Source: a bacterium | GTDB lineage: Bacteria; Lernaellota; Lernaellaia; JACKCT01 | NCBI GenBank assembly: GCA_019912885.1 | Contig: JAIOHV010000140.1 | Span: forward strand, 23,706-87,705 | Direction of reading: 5' to 3' | Length of the DNA stretch: 64,000 nt | Made by a program: the position numbers and the translations under genes | Part shown: positions 42,143-50,751 of the stretch, in pieces | Layout: each line of letters opens with the position of its first letter | How positions within the stretch are numbered: position 1 is the stretch's first letter | The notes under the pieces: generated by a model | What the model was told of the DNA's origin: nothing | What the model saw: the letters and a program-made list of their open reading frames with translations, nothing else | The model's database searches: none

Positions 42143-43624
42143 TTACGGCGCGCTGGTGTAGCCGCGGAAGGCGTCGAACTCCACGGTGCCTTCAGGCGGG
42201 CCTTCGGTCGCGAACTTCACGCCGGTCATGTCGCCGGGAAGACCCACACCTTCGTAATACGTTTCGAGATTCACGCACGCCGTCGCGGCCTGATCGACCT
42301 TCACTTCGTAACTCGCATTGACGCGATCGACCATCACATCGATCGCGTACCATTCGTCGTACGCGATCCCCGCGAGACAGGTCACCCACGCGCCGAGGCT
42401 GTGGTCGTACGCCTTGATGTCGCCGTCGCGGAAGAAAACCATCATGCGCCACGGGTGGCTGATGCCGTCCTCGGTGTAATAGGTGCCGAATCCGCCGTGC
42501 GTGTCCGCGCGGATGCGCATGCTGACTTGCACGCCGTAGGTATCCGGCAGCGGTGCCGGTTCCTCGAAATACAACGAAGCCCACGTTTCGCGGATGCCGT
42601 CAAACGAAAGGTTGTCGTCGAGGATCTGCAGGATGCTTCCGCCCGGCGGCGTGAACAGCGGCCACACGCGCGGGAAGGTGCCATTCCAGGGATCGTTCGA
42701 GAACGACCACGGCGCGCCGGGCACCGACCCGATCGTCCAGCTCTCGAAGTTGTCGTAGTAGAGGATGTCGAACTGATAGTCTGATTGCAGGCCGAGGTTG
42801 CCGAGAAAATCCTCGGGCAGGATCTTCAACGCCGTCGTCCCGGGGAATTCGAGACTGAACGGCGCCACCTCGGTGAACGTGCCGGGTTGACCGGGAACGG
42901 GGTCGGAGCCGTCGAGTGTGTAGTACACCTCGGGATCCGTATCCGCGAGATCCGTGCAGTTCACGGTGACCTGCAGCGGACCGATGCCGAGCGGCGCGTA
43001 CGGGCCGCCATAAGTTCCGGAATCGGGATCGGTCACGCACACCGGACCTTCGTAGTCGAACCGGTACAACTCTTCCTGGGGCAGCTCCTCATTGTCGTAC
43101 ACGTCGATCGCGAAAAACTTCACGGTCGTATCCGCGAGGACGCCGCTGATCGTGACCGGCGTCGGTCCGGACATCGTTGTTCCGCCGCCCGGTACGGGAT
43201 CGCTGCCGTCCGTCGTGTAGTAGATCGTCGGCGTCGGGTCGTCGTTGTCCACCGCCGTCAACGTCACGCCGATCGTGTCGTTGAACCATCCGCCATCGGG
43301 CGTCGCCGTCGTGACCGGCGCTTCCGGATCGACCGTGTCGTCGTCGGCGTCGTCGTCGATGTCGTCATCGTCGATGTCGTCATCATCGGTGTCATCATCG
43401 TCGAGGTCGTCGTCGATGTCGTCATCCTCGAAGTCGTCATCGTCGAAGTCGTCATCGGAAAACGAGTCGTCGTCTCCCGGCTGCGTGTCGTCGTCGCCGA
43501 AATCGGAATACGTCAGACCGGGGCGGCCGCCGTCGTCATCGTCATCGTCGTCCCCGCACGAACAGCCCGCGACGGCAAGCGGAATCGCCAGAACCAGAGC
43601 CGCTGCAAACGTAAAATTTTTCAT
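42143..43624 (-). CDS. Lipoprotein with poly-Asp tether, two CHB_HEX_C-like (chitobiase C-terminal/FN3-like) modules and an uncharacterised C-domain
   Basis: MKNFTFAAALVLAIPLAVAGCSCG + Asp-rich ~75 aa. IYYTTDGSDPVPGGG and VYYTLDGSDPVPG motifs. Confidence 0.7.
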   Translation of the reverse strand: MKNFTFAAALVLAIPLAVAGCSCGDDDDDDDGGRPGLTYSDFGDDDTQPGDDDSFSDDDFDDDDFEDDDIDDDLDDDDTDDDDIDDDDIDDDADDDTVDPEAPVTTATPDGGWFNDTIGVTLTAVDNDDPTPTIYYTTDGSDPVPGGGTTMSGPTPVTISGVLADTTVKFFAIDVYDNEELPQEELYRFDYEGPVCVTDPDSGTYGGPYAPLGIGPLQVTVNCTDLADTDPEVYYTLDGSDPVPGQPGTFTEVAPFSLEFPGTTALKILPEDFLGNLGLQSDYQFDILYYDNFESWTIGSVPGAPWSFSNDPWNGTFPRVWPLFTPPGGSILQILDDNLSFDGIRETWASLYFEEPAPLPDTYGVQVSMRIRADTHGGFGTYYTEDGISHPWRMMVFFRDGDIKAYDHSLGAWVTCLAGIAYDEWYAIDVMVDRVNASYEVKVDQAATACVNLETYYEGVGLPGDMTGVKFATEGPPEGTVEFDAFRGYTSAP

Positions 43625-44148
43625 GGCGTACCTCAGCTTTTTTTAATCGGCGCGTGAGCCGAAAACCCCAAGCCGACGCCGCGGGCTCCCGTCACGCCAA
43701 ACTGCGCGGTGTCGATCTTCCCCATTGTTCATGCAGTATACCAAGGACCTGAAAAAACAGAAGGCATTTTCCGAAAAAATTTCCGAAAAATTGACTTCAA
43801 GATTACGGAAATCATTACGAAATTACCCGCGTACGCGCCTGCGGCTACGAATCCACATCATGAATCATCATTCAATTGTCGTCGTATGAATTTGGCGACT
43901 GCCTATTCACGCGGGATGACGCACGACGATCCCCGCCACGCGATTCAAAACGGGCGTATCGCCGCGGTTCGATCACGCGTGTTTCGCGCGGCGCCGGTCG
44001 CCGTGTCCGCGCCGTCGTCGATCGCGCCGAGCCGGAGCCGGACTTGCCCTTGGCGCGCGCGGGCCGATCATGATACAGCATGTCCCCTCGCGATCCTTTT
44101 GAGCGCGGGATTCTCTCGTCGCTTCGCGCACGAATCCGAGATCGACGC

Positions 44149-44940
44149 ATGCCGCAGGTCATCGCTCTGGCCAACCGCAAAGGCGGTGTGGGAAAGACGA
44201 CGACGGCCATCAACCTGGCCGCCGGACTTGCGCTCGCCCGCCGCAAGGTGCTGCTGGTCGATCTCGATCCGCAGGCCAACGCCACAAGCGGCCTCGGCGT
44301 CGGCACGGGCGACCGCGATCCGAACGTGTACGACGTCCTGGTCGGCCGCGCCGCGATGACGTCGGTTGTGCGGCGCACGGAAACCGGCCGCCTGTTTCTG
44401 GTGCCGAGCGCGCGCGATCTGGCCGCGCTCGAAATCGAATTGGCCAACGCCGACGACCGTGCGTTCTATTTGCGCCGGGCGCTCGAGCCGATGCGCCGCG
44501 AGTTCGACTACGTGCTCATCGACGCGCCGCCGTCGCTGGGCATCCTGACCTTGAACGCGCTCGTCGCCGCGGACGAGGTGATGGTGCCGCTGCAGACGGA
44601 ATATTACGCGCTCGAGGGGCTGACGGAGATGATGGAGACGATCGACATGGTGCGCCGCCAGGTCAACGCCGACTTGCGCGTCGGCGGCATCATCCTGACG
44701 ATGACCGACCGGCGCACGAATCTGGCGCGCCAGGTGGAGGAAGAGGTGCGCGCGCATTTCCCGGTCGAGACCTTCGAGACGACCATCCCTCGCGGCATCC
44801 GCCTGGCGGAAGCGCCGAGCTTCGGCAAGACCATCTTCGAATACGACATCCGCAGCTCGGGCGCGGACGCCTATCTCGCGCTGGCGCGCGAGCTGGTGCG
44901 CCGCGAGAAGGCGATCATCGCGGAGGCCGCCGGCGGATGA
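44149..44940 (+). CDS. parA: Chromosome-partitioning ATPase ParA/Soj
   Basis: VIALANRKGGVGKTTTAINLA (deviant Walker A), LLVDLDPQANAT, YVLIDAPPSLG. Confidence 0.9.
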   Translation: MPQVIALANRKGGVGKTTTAINLAAGLALARRKVLLVDLDPQANATSGLGVGTGDRDPNVYDVLVGRAAMTSVVRRTETGRLFLVPSARDLAALEIELANADDRAFYLRRALEPMRREFDYVLIDAPPSLGILTLNALVAADEVMVPLQTEYYALEGLTEMMETIDMVRRQVNADLRVGGIILTMTDRRTNLARQVEEEVRAHFPVETFETTIPRGIRLAEAPSFGKTIFEYDIRSSGADAYLALARELVRREKAIIAEAAGG

Positions 44941-45875
44941 CCTCGAAGAAGCGACCCGCGCTCGGCAAGGGATTGTCCGCGCTGCTTGCCGGCAAGGAGA
45001 CGGACGCTCCGTCCGCCGCGCGCACCGGCGAAACGCCCGCGCCGGGCGCGGGCGAGGTGACGCGCCTTTCCGTCGAGGCGATCGTGCCGAACCCGCGCCA
45101 GGCGCGGCGCCTGTTCGAGTCCGGTTCGCTTGCCGAGCTGGCCGCGTCGATCCGCGAGGCGGGCATCCTGCAACCGCTCGCGGTGCGCCGGCGCGACGAC
45201 GGCAAATACGAGCTGATCGCGGGCGAGCGCCGGTTCCGCGCGGCGCGCATGATCGGGCTTTCGAGCGTGCCGGTCGTCGTGCTCGACGCGAGCGGGCGCG
45301 AGTCGTCGATCATGTCGCTCATCGAGAACATGCAGCGAGAGAATCTGAATCCGATCGAGGAGGCCGAAGGCATCGCGCGTCTGATGGACGAATTCGATCT
45401 GACGCAGGAGCAGGTTTCCGAACGGATCGGCAAGAGCCGCAGCGCGGTCGCCAATTCCGTGCGTCTGCTGAATTTGCCGGACGAGGTGAAAAAGGGGCTT
45501 CTCGATGAAACGATCACCGCCGGTCACGCGCGGGCGATCGCGGGCCTCGCGGACATCGGCCTTTTGCTCGCGGCGTACGAGCGCATCGTGCAAAACGATT
45601 TGTCCGTGCGCGAAACCGAGCGCATGGTCGCGGGCTTCGCGCGCCGCGACGAGCCCGGGGAGCCGGAGGCCGCGGATCCGCCGGTGCGCGAGGCGCGGCG
45701 TCGCGACGCGAACCTCGAGGCTTATGTCGGCGAGCTTTCGCAGACGCTCGGGCGGAAGATCACGGTGAGCGGCGACGAAAAGAAGGGCCGTGTGGAGTTG
45801 CACTACTTTTCGCGCGAGGACAGGGACCGTATGCTGGAGCAACTTCACGACTTGGGAAAATCCCGGTCGTCCTGA
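44937..45875 (+). CDS. parB: ParB/Spo0J partition protein
   Basis: IVPNPRQARR, GILQPLAVR, ELIAGERRFRAA, ENMQRENLNPIEEA, HTH block LTQEQVSERIGKSRSAVANSVRLL. 4-nt overlap with parA. Confidence 0.9.
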   Translation: MTSKKRPALGKGLSALLAGKETDAPSAARTGETPAPGAGEVTRLSVEAIVPNPRQARRLFESGSLAELAASIREAGILQPLAVRRRDDGKYELIAGERRFRAARMIGLSSVPVVVLDASGRESSIMSLIENMQRENLNPIEEAEGIARLMDEFDLTQEQVSERIGKSRSAVANSVRLLNLPDEVKKGLLDETITAGHARAIAGLADIGLLLAAYERIVQNDLSVRETERMVAGFARRDEPGEPEAADPPVREARRRDANLEAYVGELSQTLGRKITVSGDEKKGRVELHYFSREDRDRMLEQLHDLGKSRSS

Positions 45876-45937
45876 CCGGTCTTACACAAGCAACGCCATT
45901 TCGGGGCGCGTCGGCGTCCGTGAGAAGGAGGAGGAAC

Positions 45938-46396
45938 ATGGTTGATGAGATGGGGGGCTTCCCGAAGGACGTCAACGCCTTCATCGGCAAGAACAGCGAG
46001 TTCGTCGGCAAGCTGACCTTTGACGGCACGGTGCGCATCGACGGCAAGGTCGACGGCGAAATTTTCTCGAAGGGCACGCTGATCATCGGCCCGGGCGCGC
46101 AGATCAAGGCCAAGGTGAACGTGGATGTGGTCATCGTGTCCGGCACGATCACCGGCAATATCCACGCAAAAAAGCGTACGGAGCTTCGCGCGCCGGGCAA
46201 GCTCTACGGCAACATCGCGACGCCGTCGCTGGTCGTCGAGCAGGGCGTCATCTTCGAGGGCAACTGCAAGATGGAAAACCTGCCGGCCGACGTGGAAACC
46301 GAGGACAAGGGCGACAAGACCGAAAAGTCCGAGCGGCCGAGCCAGCCGAACCTGCGCGCCGCGGACAGCGGCCGCGAGCGCGAGCGCGGAGCGTAA
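45938..46396 (+). CDS. Bactofilin (polymer-forming cytoskeletal protein)
   Basis: Beta-helical repeat pattern GKLTFDGTVRIDGKVDGEI..GTLIIGPGAQIKAKV..VVIVSGTITGNIHA..LRAPGKLYGNI..LVVEQGVIFEG, with an acidic/basic tail. AGGAGGAGG before ATG 45938. Confidence 0.85.
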   Translation: MVDEMGGFPKDVNAFIGKNSEFVGKLTFDGTVRIDGKVDGEIFSKGTLIIGPGAQIKAKVNVDVVIVSGTITGNIHAKKRTELRAPGKLYGNIATPSLVVEQGVIFEGNCKMENLPADVETEDKGDKTEKSERPSQPNLRAADSGRERERGA

Positions 46397-46405
46397 ACCC
46401 GCGGC

Positions 46406-46966
46406 CTATTTCTTTTTTGACCTGGCGACATGCGCCCGGATCGCCTTCGCGAATCCGGGCGCGTTGATGTCAAGCTCGGTCAACAGATGATCGAGAGATA
46501 TGGGCGGATCCGTGCAGTCGCGAACTTGTGCGCGAAGCACGTCGGTAACGCCGTCAGGATCGGACTCGAAAATTCGCGTCATGAATACGTCGGGCTTCAT
46601 CGCGACGACGCCAGGCGGAAGCTTGCTGAAATGCCGGGTGTTCGCGGTGACAATGATGGAAGCCCGCGATTTGACGGCGACGGCGGAAACATGCCGGTCG
46701 TGGGGATGATTCGGCATCGTCGGTATCAGAGCGTTGAAATCCGTTACGTCGGCATCCGGAAAGCCTTCATTCAAGATACTTCGTAAACGCGCAGCACGTT
46801 CGGGCTTTGACATGCGGCGCGCCACGAGCGTCCGCACCAATTCATCGAGGATGTTTTGCGATCAACGGACCTGAATCAGCCCCGACTCCGCGAATCGCAG
46901 CAGGGTGTCGCGAAGGGCGGCGGGTACGAGGACATTTGTGTCGAGCACGGCAATCGGAACCGCCAT
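46406..46966 (-). pseudogene. PIN-domain toxin gene interrupted by an in-frame TGA (46862-46864) at a conserved Trp position
   Basis: MAVPIAVLDTNVLVPAALRDTLLRFAESGLIQVR-stop-SQNILDELV... is in frame with ORF 46406..46840. Its start lies 7 nt after the HTH antitoxin stop. Confidence 0.7.
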
Positions 46967-46972
46967 GATGCC

Positions 46973-47518
46973 TTAGGAACCCGATTCATTCCGCTTATGA
47001 TCGTCGATTTGCCAGCCATATCCTCCCGCTTCTTCAGTAATCCGCACGAGCTTGCGCAACGCGGCCCGGCGCCTGCGGTCACGCATTTTTTTATAGGCGA
47101 GAACATCCTGCAGTTGCACGCGGCGATGACTGCCCGTGCGTCGCGCGGGCAATGCTCCTTCTTCAATCAGGCGAACGAGATATTGTCTCGATACATTCAG
47201 GATGTCGGCGGCTTGCTTGGTCGTGAGTTCGGCGTCAACGCGTACGACCGAAACCGAATCGCCGCGCGCAAGCGACTCCGTAGCTTTCGCCATCACCTGA
47301 AGCACGGAATGGGGGATCTTCGATGACTCTCCGTCGGGTCCGACGAACCGGCTTTTTGGACGCCGCCCTTTCGTTTTTGCCAGCGCGACCTTCAAAACCT
47401 TGGCTATCTCGGCGACCTCGTCGATCTCGCCCTTGGGTACCGATATCGTAGTCCGGGACTGCGTAACCCGCCGCGTGTCGCGATCGTTTTCGGATACCAT
47501 TTTCAAAATCACCTCCAC
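46973..47518 (-). CDS. Excisionase/MerR-like HTH DNA-binding protein (antitoxin partner of the PIN gene)
   Basis: LTTKQAADILNVSRQYLVRLIEEGALPARRTGSHRRVQLQDVLAYK. Immediately upstream of the PIN gene. Confidence 0.7.
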   Translation of the reverse strand: MEVILKMVSENDRDTRRVTQSRTTISVPKGEIDEVAEIAKVLKVALAKTKGRRPKSRFVGPDGESSKIPHSVLQVMAKATESLARGDSVSVVRVDAELTTKQAADILNVSRQYLVRLIEEGALPARRTGSHRRVQLQDVLAYKKMRDRRRRAALRKLVRITEEAGGYGWQIDDHKRNESGS

Positions 47519-47747
47519 GTTTCACATTATTGAAAATTCGACCCAAACGCAACCAGGCCCGCGCGGTCGCCCGGGCCATTCGGCGAGCGATCATCCGGAG
47601 GGGCGAGATTGATCTTCGTCAACACGCCCCTAAAGCATCCCCGGTTTTCTTACGATAAGTTCCGCACGATTATTTTCGGTCCCGGACGGCGCGCGCAGGG
47701 GCCGCGCGCTTGATTCCCGGGCCGATTTTCATAGGCGGATTCCCATC

Positions 47748-49265
47748 GTGCGTTCGCGGACGGTTGTTCTTGCGATCCTTTTTGTCGCGGCGTTCGCGTT
47801 ATTCGCGGCGCCGGCGGCGGCTCAATCCCACGACGAAGGCGACGCTGGCGGCGAGTCCGCCGGCGCCGGGTCGCACGACGCGCAGGCGGCACATGGCCAC
47901 GGCGAACTCGGCAAGGAGCTTTCGCTTGTGTGGGCGATTCCGTTTGCCGCGATTCTGCTTTCGATCGCCCTGTTTCCGCTCGTGCTTCCGCATTTCTGGC
48001 ACAAACACTTTCCGAAGGTGAGCGCCGTTTGCGCGCTCGCGTTCGCCGTGCCGTTCCTCGTTGGATACAAGATGCAGGCCGTGTCCGCGATCTGGCACAT
48101 CGTCATCGCGGATTTCATCCCGTTCATCATTTTGCTTTCGGGCCTATTCACCGTGGCCGGCGGCATCGTCGTCCGCGGATCGTTTCGCGGATCGCCCGCG
48201 GTGAACGTCGCGATGATCCTCATCGGCACGATCCTGGCCTCCTGGATCGGCACGACCGGCGCGGCGATGGTGATGATCCGCCCGTTGCTGCGCGCGAATG
48301 CGTGGCGCAAGCGCCAGGCGCATGTCGTCGTCTTTTTCATCTTCCTCGTCGCCAACATCGGCGGATCGCTGACCCCGCTTGGCGACCCGCCGCTGTTCCT
48401 CGGATTCCTGCACGGCGTGCCGTTTTTCTGGACGATGAAACACGTCTGGCTGGAAACGTCCTTCGTCGCGGCGCTCGTGCTCGCCATCTTTTACGTCTGG
48501 GACACCGTGATGTATCGCCGCGAGTCCGCGCCGCCCGCCGACGGCGAACGCGAGCCCCTGCGTATCGAGGGCGCGCACAACTTCCTGTTCCTCCTTGGCA
48601 TCGTCGGCGCGGTGCTGTTTTCGGGCATGGTCGAACTCGGCGAGATCCCGATGGGCTTTGGCGTGCACGAGTCCGTACAGAATCTCATTCGCGATTTCGC
48701 CATCGTCGTCATCGCCATCTCCGCCTACAAATCGACGCAGGCCTCGATGCGCGAGGCCAACAGCTTCACGTGGTTTCCGATCCTGGAGGTCGCGTACCTG
48801 TTCGCGGGTATCTTCGTCACAATCATCCCCGCGCTCGAGATCCTGAAGGCCGGGCAGGAGGGCGCGCTCGGCTTCCTGGTGTCCGCGGTGAACACGCCGC
48901 CCCGCTACTTCTGGGCGACGGGCGTCTTGTCGAGCTTTCTCGACAACGCGCCGACGTACCTCACGTTTTTCAATGCCGCGCTCGGCCAGCTCTACCCCGG
49001 CGTGGCCGAGGCGCAGGCGGTGCCGCACCTCATCGGCGCTGCCGCGGGCGGGCCGCCGCCGGGCATCGACTTCCTCGCGGCGATCTCCGTCGGTGCGGTG
49101 TTCATGGGCGCGAACACCTACATCGGAAACGCGCCGAACTTCATGGTAAAATCGATCGCGGAAGAGGCGGGCATTCCGATGCCCACGTTCTTTGGCTACA
49201 TGCTGAAGTATTCGATTCCGGTTCTCGTCGTCGTCTTCCTGCTGATGACACTCGTTTTCTTCTAA
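47748..49265 (+). CDS. ArsB/NhaD-superfamily permease (Na+/H+ antiporter-like)
   Basis: 505 aa, about 11-12 TM helices. The His/Asp-rich N-terminal segment follows a signal-like helix. The overall pattern resembles proteins annotated as sodium:proton antiporter. Confidence 0.6.
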   Translation: MRSRTVVLAILFVAAFALFAAPAAAQSHDEGDAGGESAGAGSHDAQAAHGHGELGKELSLVWAIPFAAILLSIALFPLVLPHFWHKHFPKVSAVCALAFAVPFLVGYKMQAVSAIWHIVIADFIPFIILLSGLFTVAGGIVVRGSFRGSPAVNVAMILIGTILASWIGTTGAAMVMIRPLLRANAWRKRQAHVVVFFIFLVANIGGSLTPLGDPPLFLGFLHGVPFFWTMKHVWLETSFVAALVLAIFYVWDTVMYRRESAPPADGEREPLRIEGAHNFLFLLGIVGAVLFSGMVELGEIPMGFGVHESVQNLIRDFAIVVIAISAYKSTQASMREANSFTWFPILEVAYLFAGIFVTIIPALEILKAGQEGALGFLVSAVNTPPRYFWATGVLSSFLDNAPTYLTFFNAALGQLYPGVAEAQAVPHLIGAAAGGPPPGIDFLAAISVGAVFMGANTYIGNAPNFMVKSIAEEAGIPMPTFFGYMLKYSIPVLVVVFLLMTLVFF

Positions 49266-49278
49266 AAGGAGGCGCCCC

Positions 49279-49866
49279 TTGAGCGCGGCTTATTTCGAAT
49301 TCGTGCTGACCGGCAACGAGCAGGAGATTCGCGACCTTGTCGCCAACGCGCGAGCGACGATGGGCGCCAACGTCGCCGTCTTCATCTCCCGCGATGTCGG
49401 CATCCACGGAGAGACGCGCTTGCACAAGGCGTTGCAGATGGTGCGTCTGGAAAAAGCGCACCTGCACGTGCTCGTGCCCGCCGCGGTATTCGACGATTTC
49501 CGCGCGATGGCCGCGACGGCGGCGGCGATCGACATCGAGTCGGCGCACGAGGTGCTTGAACAAAGCTTCAAGTTCCGGTTTCGCTGTTACAACAAGGAGA
49601 AGGCGCACGCGATCGCGAGACTGTTCAATCCGCCGCCCGAGGGCGTCACGATGCGCAACTACGAATTCAAGCAGCGCGACGACCCGGAAGCCAAGGGGCA
49701 GGAGCTCTACACGCCGACGCACGACTTCGAATACGTCGGACACGGCGAAGCGACCGGCGAGCTGCCGAGGCTCGTCGCCATGCACCGCCGGGCCGAGGAA
49801 GAACCGCTCGTCGAGCTTTCGGAGATCCACCTGACGCTCGGCGCGGACGTCGTCAAAAACGATTGA
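49279..49866 (+). CDS. Hypothetical cytoplasmic protein
   Basis: 195-aa ORF (TTG start), 13 nt after the permease stop, with coding-like composition. No motif recognised. Confidence 0.5.
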   Translation: MSAAYFEFVLTGNEQEIRDLVANARATMGANVAVFISRDVGIHGETRLHKALQMVRLEKAHLHVLVPAAVFDDFRAMAATAAAIDIESAHEVLEQSFKFRFRCYNKEKAHAIARLFNPPPEGVTMRNYEFKQRDDPEAKGQELYTPTHDFEYVGHGEATGELPRLVAMHRRAEEEPLVELSEIHLTLGADVVKND

Positions 49867-50126
49867 CCACGGAGAACACGGAGTCCACAGAGGTATTTCC
49901 GTGTTTCCGTCGTCGGATGGAAAAACAGCGCGCATCGGGTCGTTTTTTCCCCTCCGTGTCCTTCGCGCTCTCTGTGGTGAACGGTGTTTTGCGCCTCCTG
50001 CGATGAGTTTACAGTCTTTCAGCCTTCTAGCCTCCTACAAGCCCTTTGCGTCTTTGCGGTAAATATCGTAAATAACGCGCCGGACAAACGTGGTCGTCCT
50101 TGCCGGGCGGCTTGGGGACATCGGGT

Positions 50127-50549
50127 ATGATCGAAGTCAACTGGACGCTCGGATACGTCGTCGTTTTGTTTCTGGCGCTCCTCGTTTTTCTGGGGCGCGT
50201 TCTGATCACGCCGGTGCGCAAGGTGCTCGACGCGCGCGAAGCGGCGCACGAGGCGCCCGCGAACGCGGCGCGCGAGCTTCGCCGCCAGGCTCAGGAGTTG
50301 CGCGCCGATCTCGAAACGAGGCTCGAGGAAGCGCACACGCAGGCCCAGCGCGTGTCCGCCGCGCTCGCGGAGGAGTCCGCGCGACAGCGTGAGTCGGTGT
50401 TCGGCGAGGCGCGCGGCCAGGCCGAGCGCATCATGAAAGAGACGCGCGCGAACCTGCAATCGACCGTCGCCGCCGCGCGCGAACGCCTGGACGCCGACGC
50501 CCGCAAGCTCGCCGACCAGCTCGCCAAAAAGCTGCTCGAAACCGCGTAA
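50127..50549 (+). CDS. F-type ATPase subunit-b-like protein (orphan)
   Basis: N-terminal TM helix (LGYVVVLFLALLVFLGRVLITPVRKVLDAR) followed by a long Ala/Arg/Glu-rich helix, the classic AtpF architecture. No other atp genes nearby. Confidence 0.45.
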   Translation: MIEVNWTLGYVVVLFLALLVFLGRVLITPVRKVLDAREAAHEAPANAARELRRQAQELRADLETRLEEAHTQAQRVSAALAEESARQRESVFGEARGQAERIMKETRANLQSTVAAARERLDADARKLADQLAKKLLETA

Positions 50550-50593
50550 GCGCAAGTCTCACGCGGAGACGCGGAGCGCGCGGAGGTCGCCGA

Positions 50594-50629
50594 GTCAACA
50601 GAGCCGCGCGCGTCAGCAAGCGGTTAACC
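50594..50629. repeat. Dispersed copy of the caacagagccgcg...agcaagcgg extragenic repeat
   Basis: gtcaacagagccgcgcgcgtcagcaagcggttaacc resembles the 22.6-kb repeats. Preceded by acgcggagacgcggagcgcgcggagg. Confidence 0.5.
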
Positions 50630-50751
50630 GGTTCGAATCAAGGGCTGGCTGTCGGAAGAGCTACGTACCCGCACCCGATCTCGCTTCTCAATTCTCGCTC
50701 CTCACTCCTCGCATTCGTGATATGATGCATCCCTCTTTTCGGGGGTAGTGC

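Noticed and set aside
43700-43900. AT-rich region upstream of parA as a replication origin
   Set aside because: It has only one near-DnaA-box word (gaatccaca, ~43849) and a pair of tttccgaaaaa direct repeats. There is no dnaA/dnaN gene and no cluster of boxes, so the evidence is insufficient.
43709-44359. 216-aa + strand ORF overlapping the parA start
   Set aside because: There is no motif or start context, and it overlaps parA out of frame. The ParA Walker motif begins right after ATG 44149.
46862-46864. TGA read as Trp or Gly (alternative genetic code) instead of a nonsense mutation in the PIN gene
   Set aside because: Many well-delimited genes in this window terminate with TGA exactly where the next gene or a domain end is expected, for example 7739-7741, 12745-12747 and 57616-57618. 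The standard code therefore applies.
47930-49282. 450-aa alternative-frame ORF over the permease gene
   Set aside because: It is Arg/Gly/Pro-rich with no hydrophobic helices, whereas frame 47748..49265 encodes a coherent polytopic membrane protein.
49867-49988. Words cacggag / ccacagag and their complements downstream of the 49279..49866 gene, considered as a terminator or structured RNA
   Set aside because: The complementary words occur in an order that cannot form a simple nested hairpin, and no T-tract follows. This is probably another short dispersed repeat family, but one locus cannot establish that.
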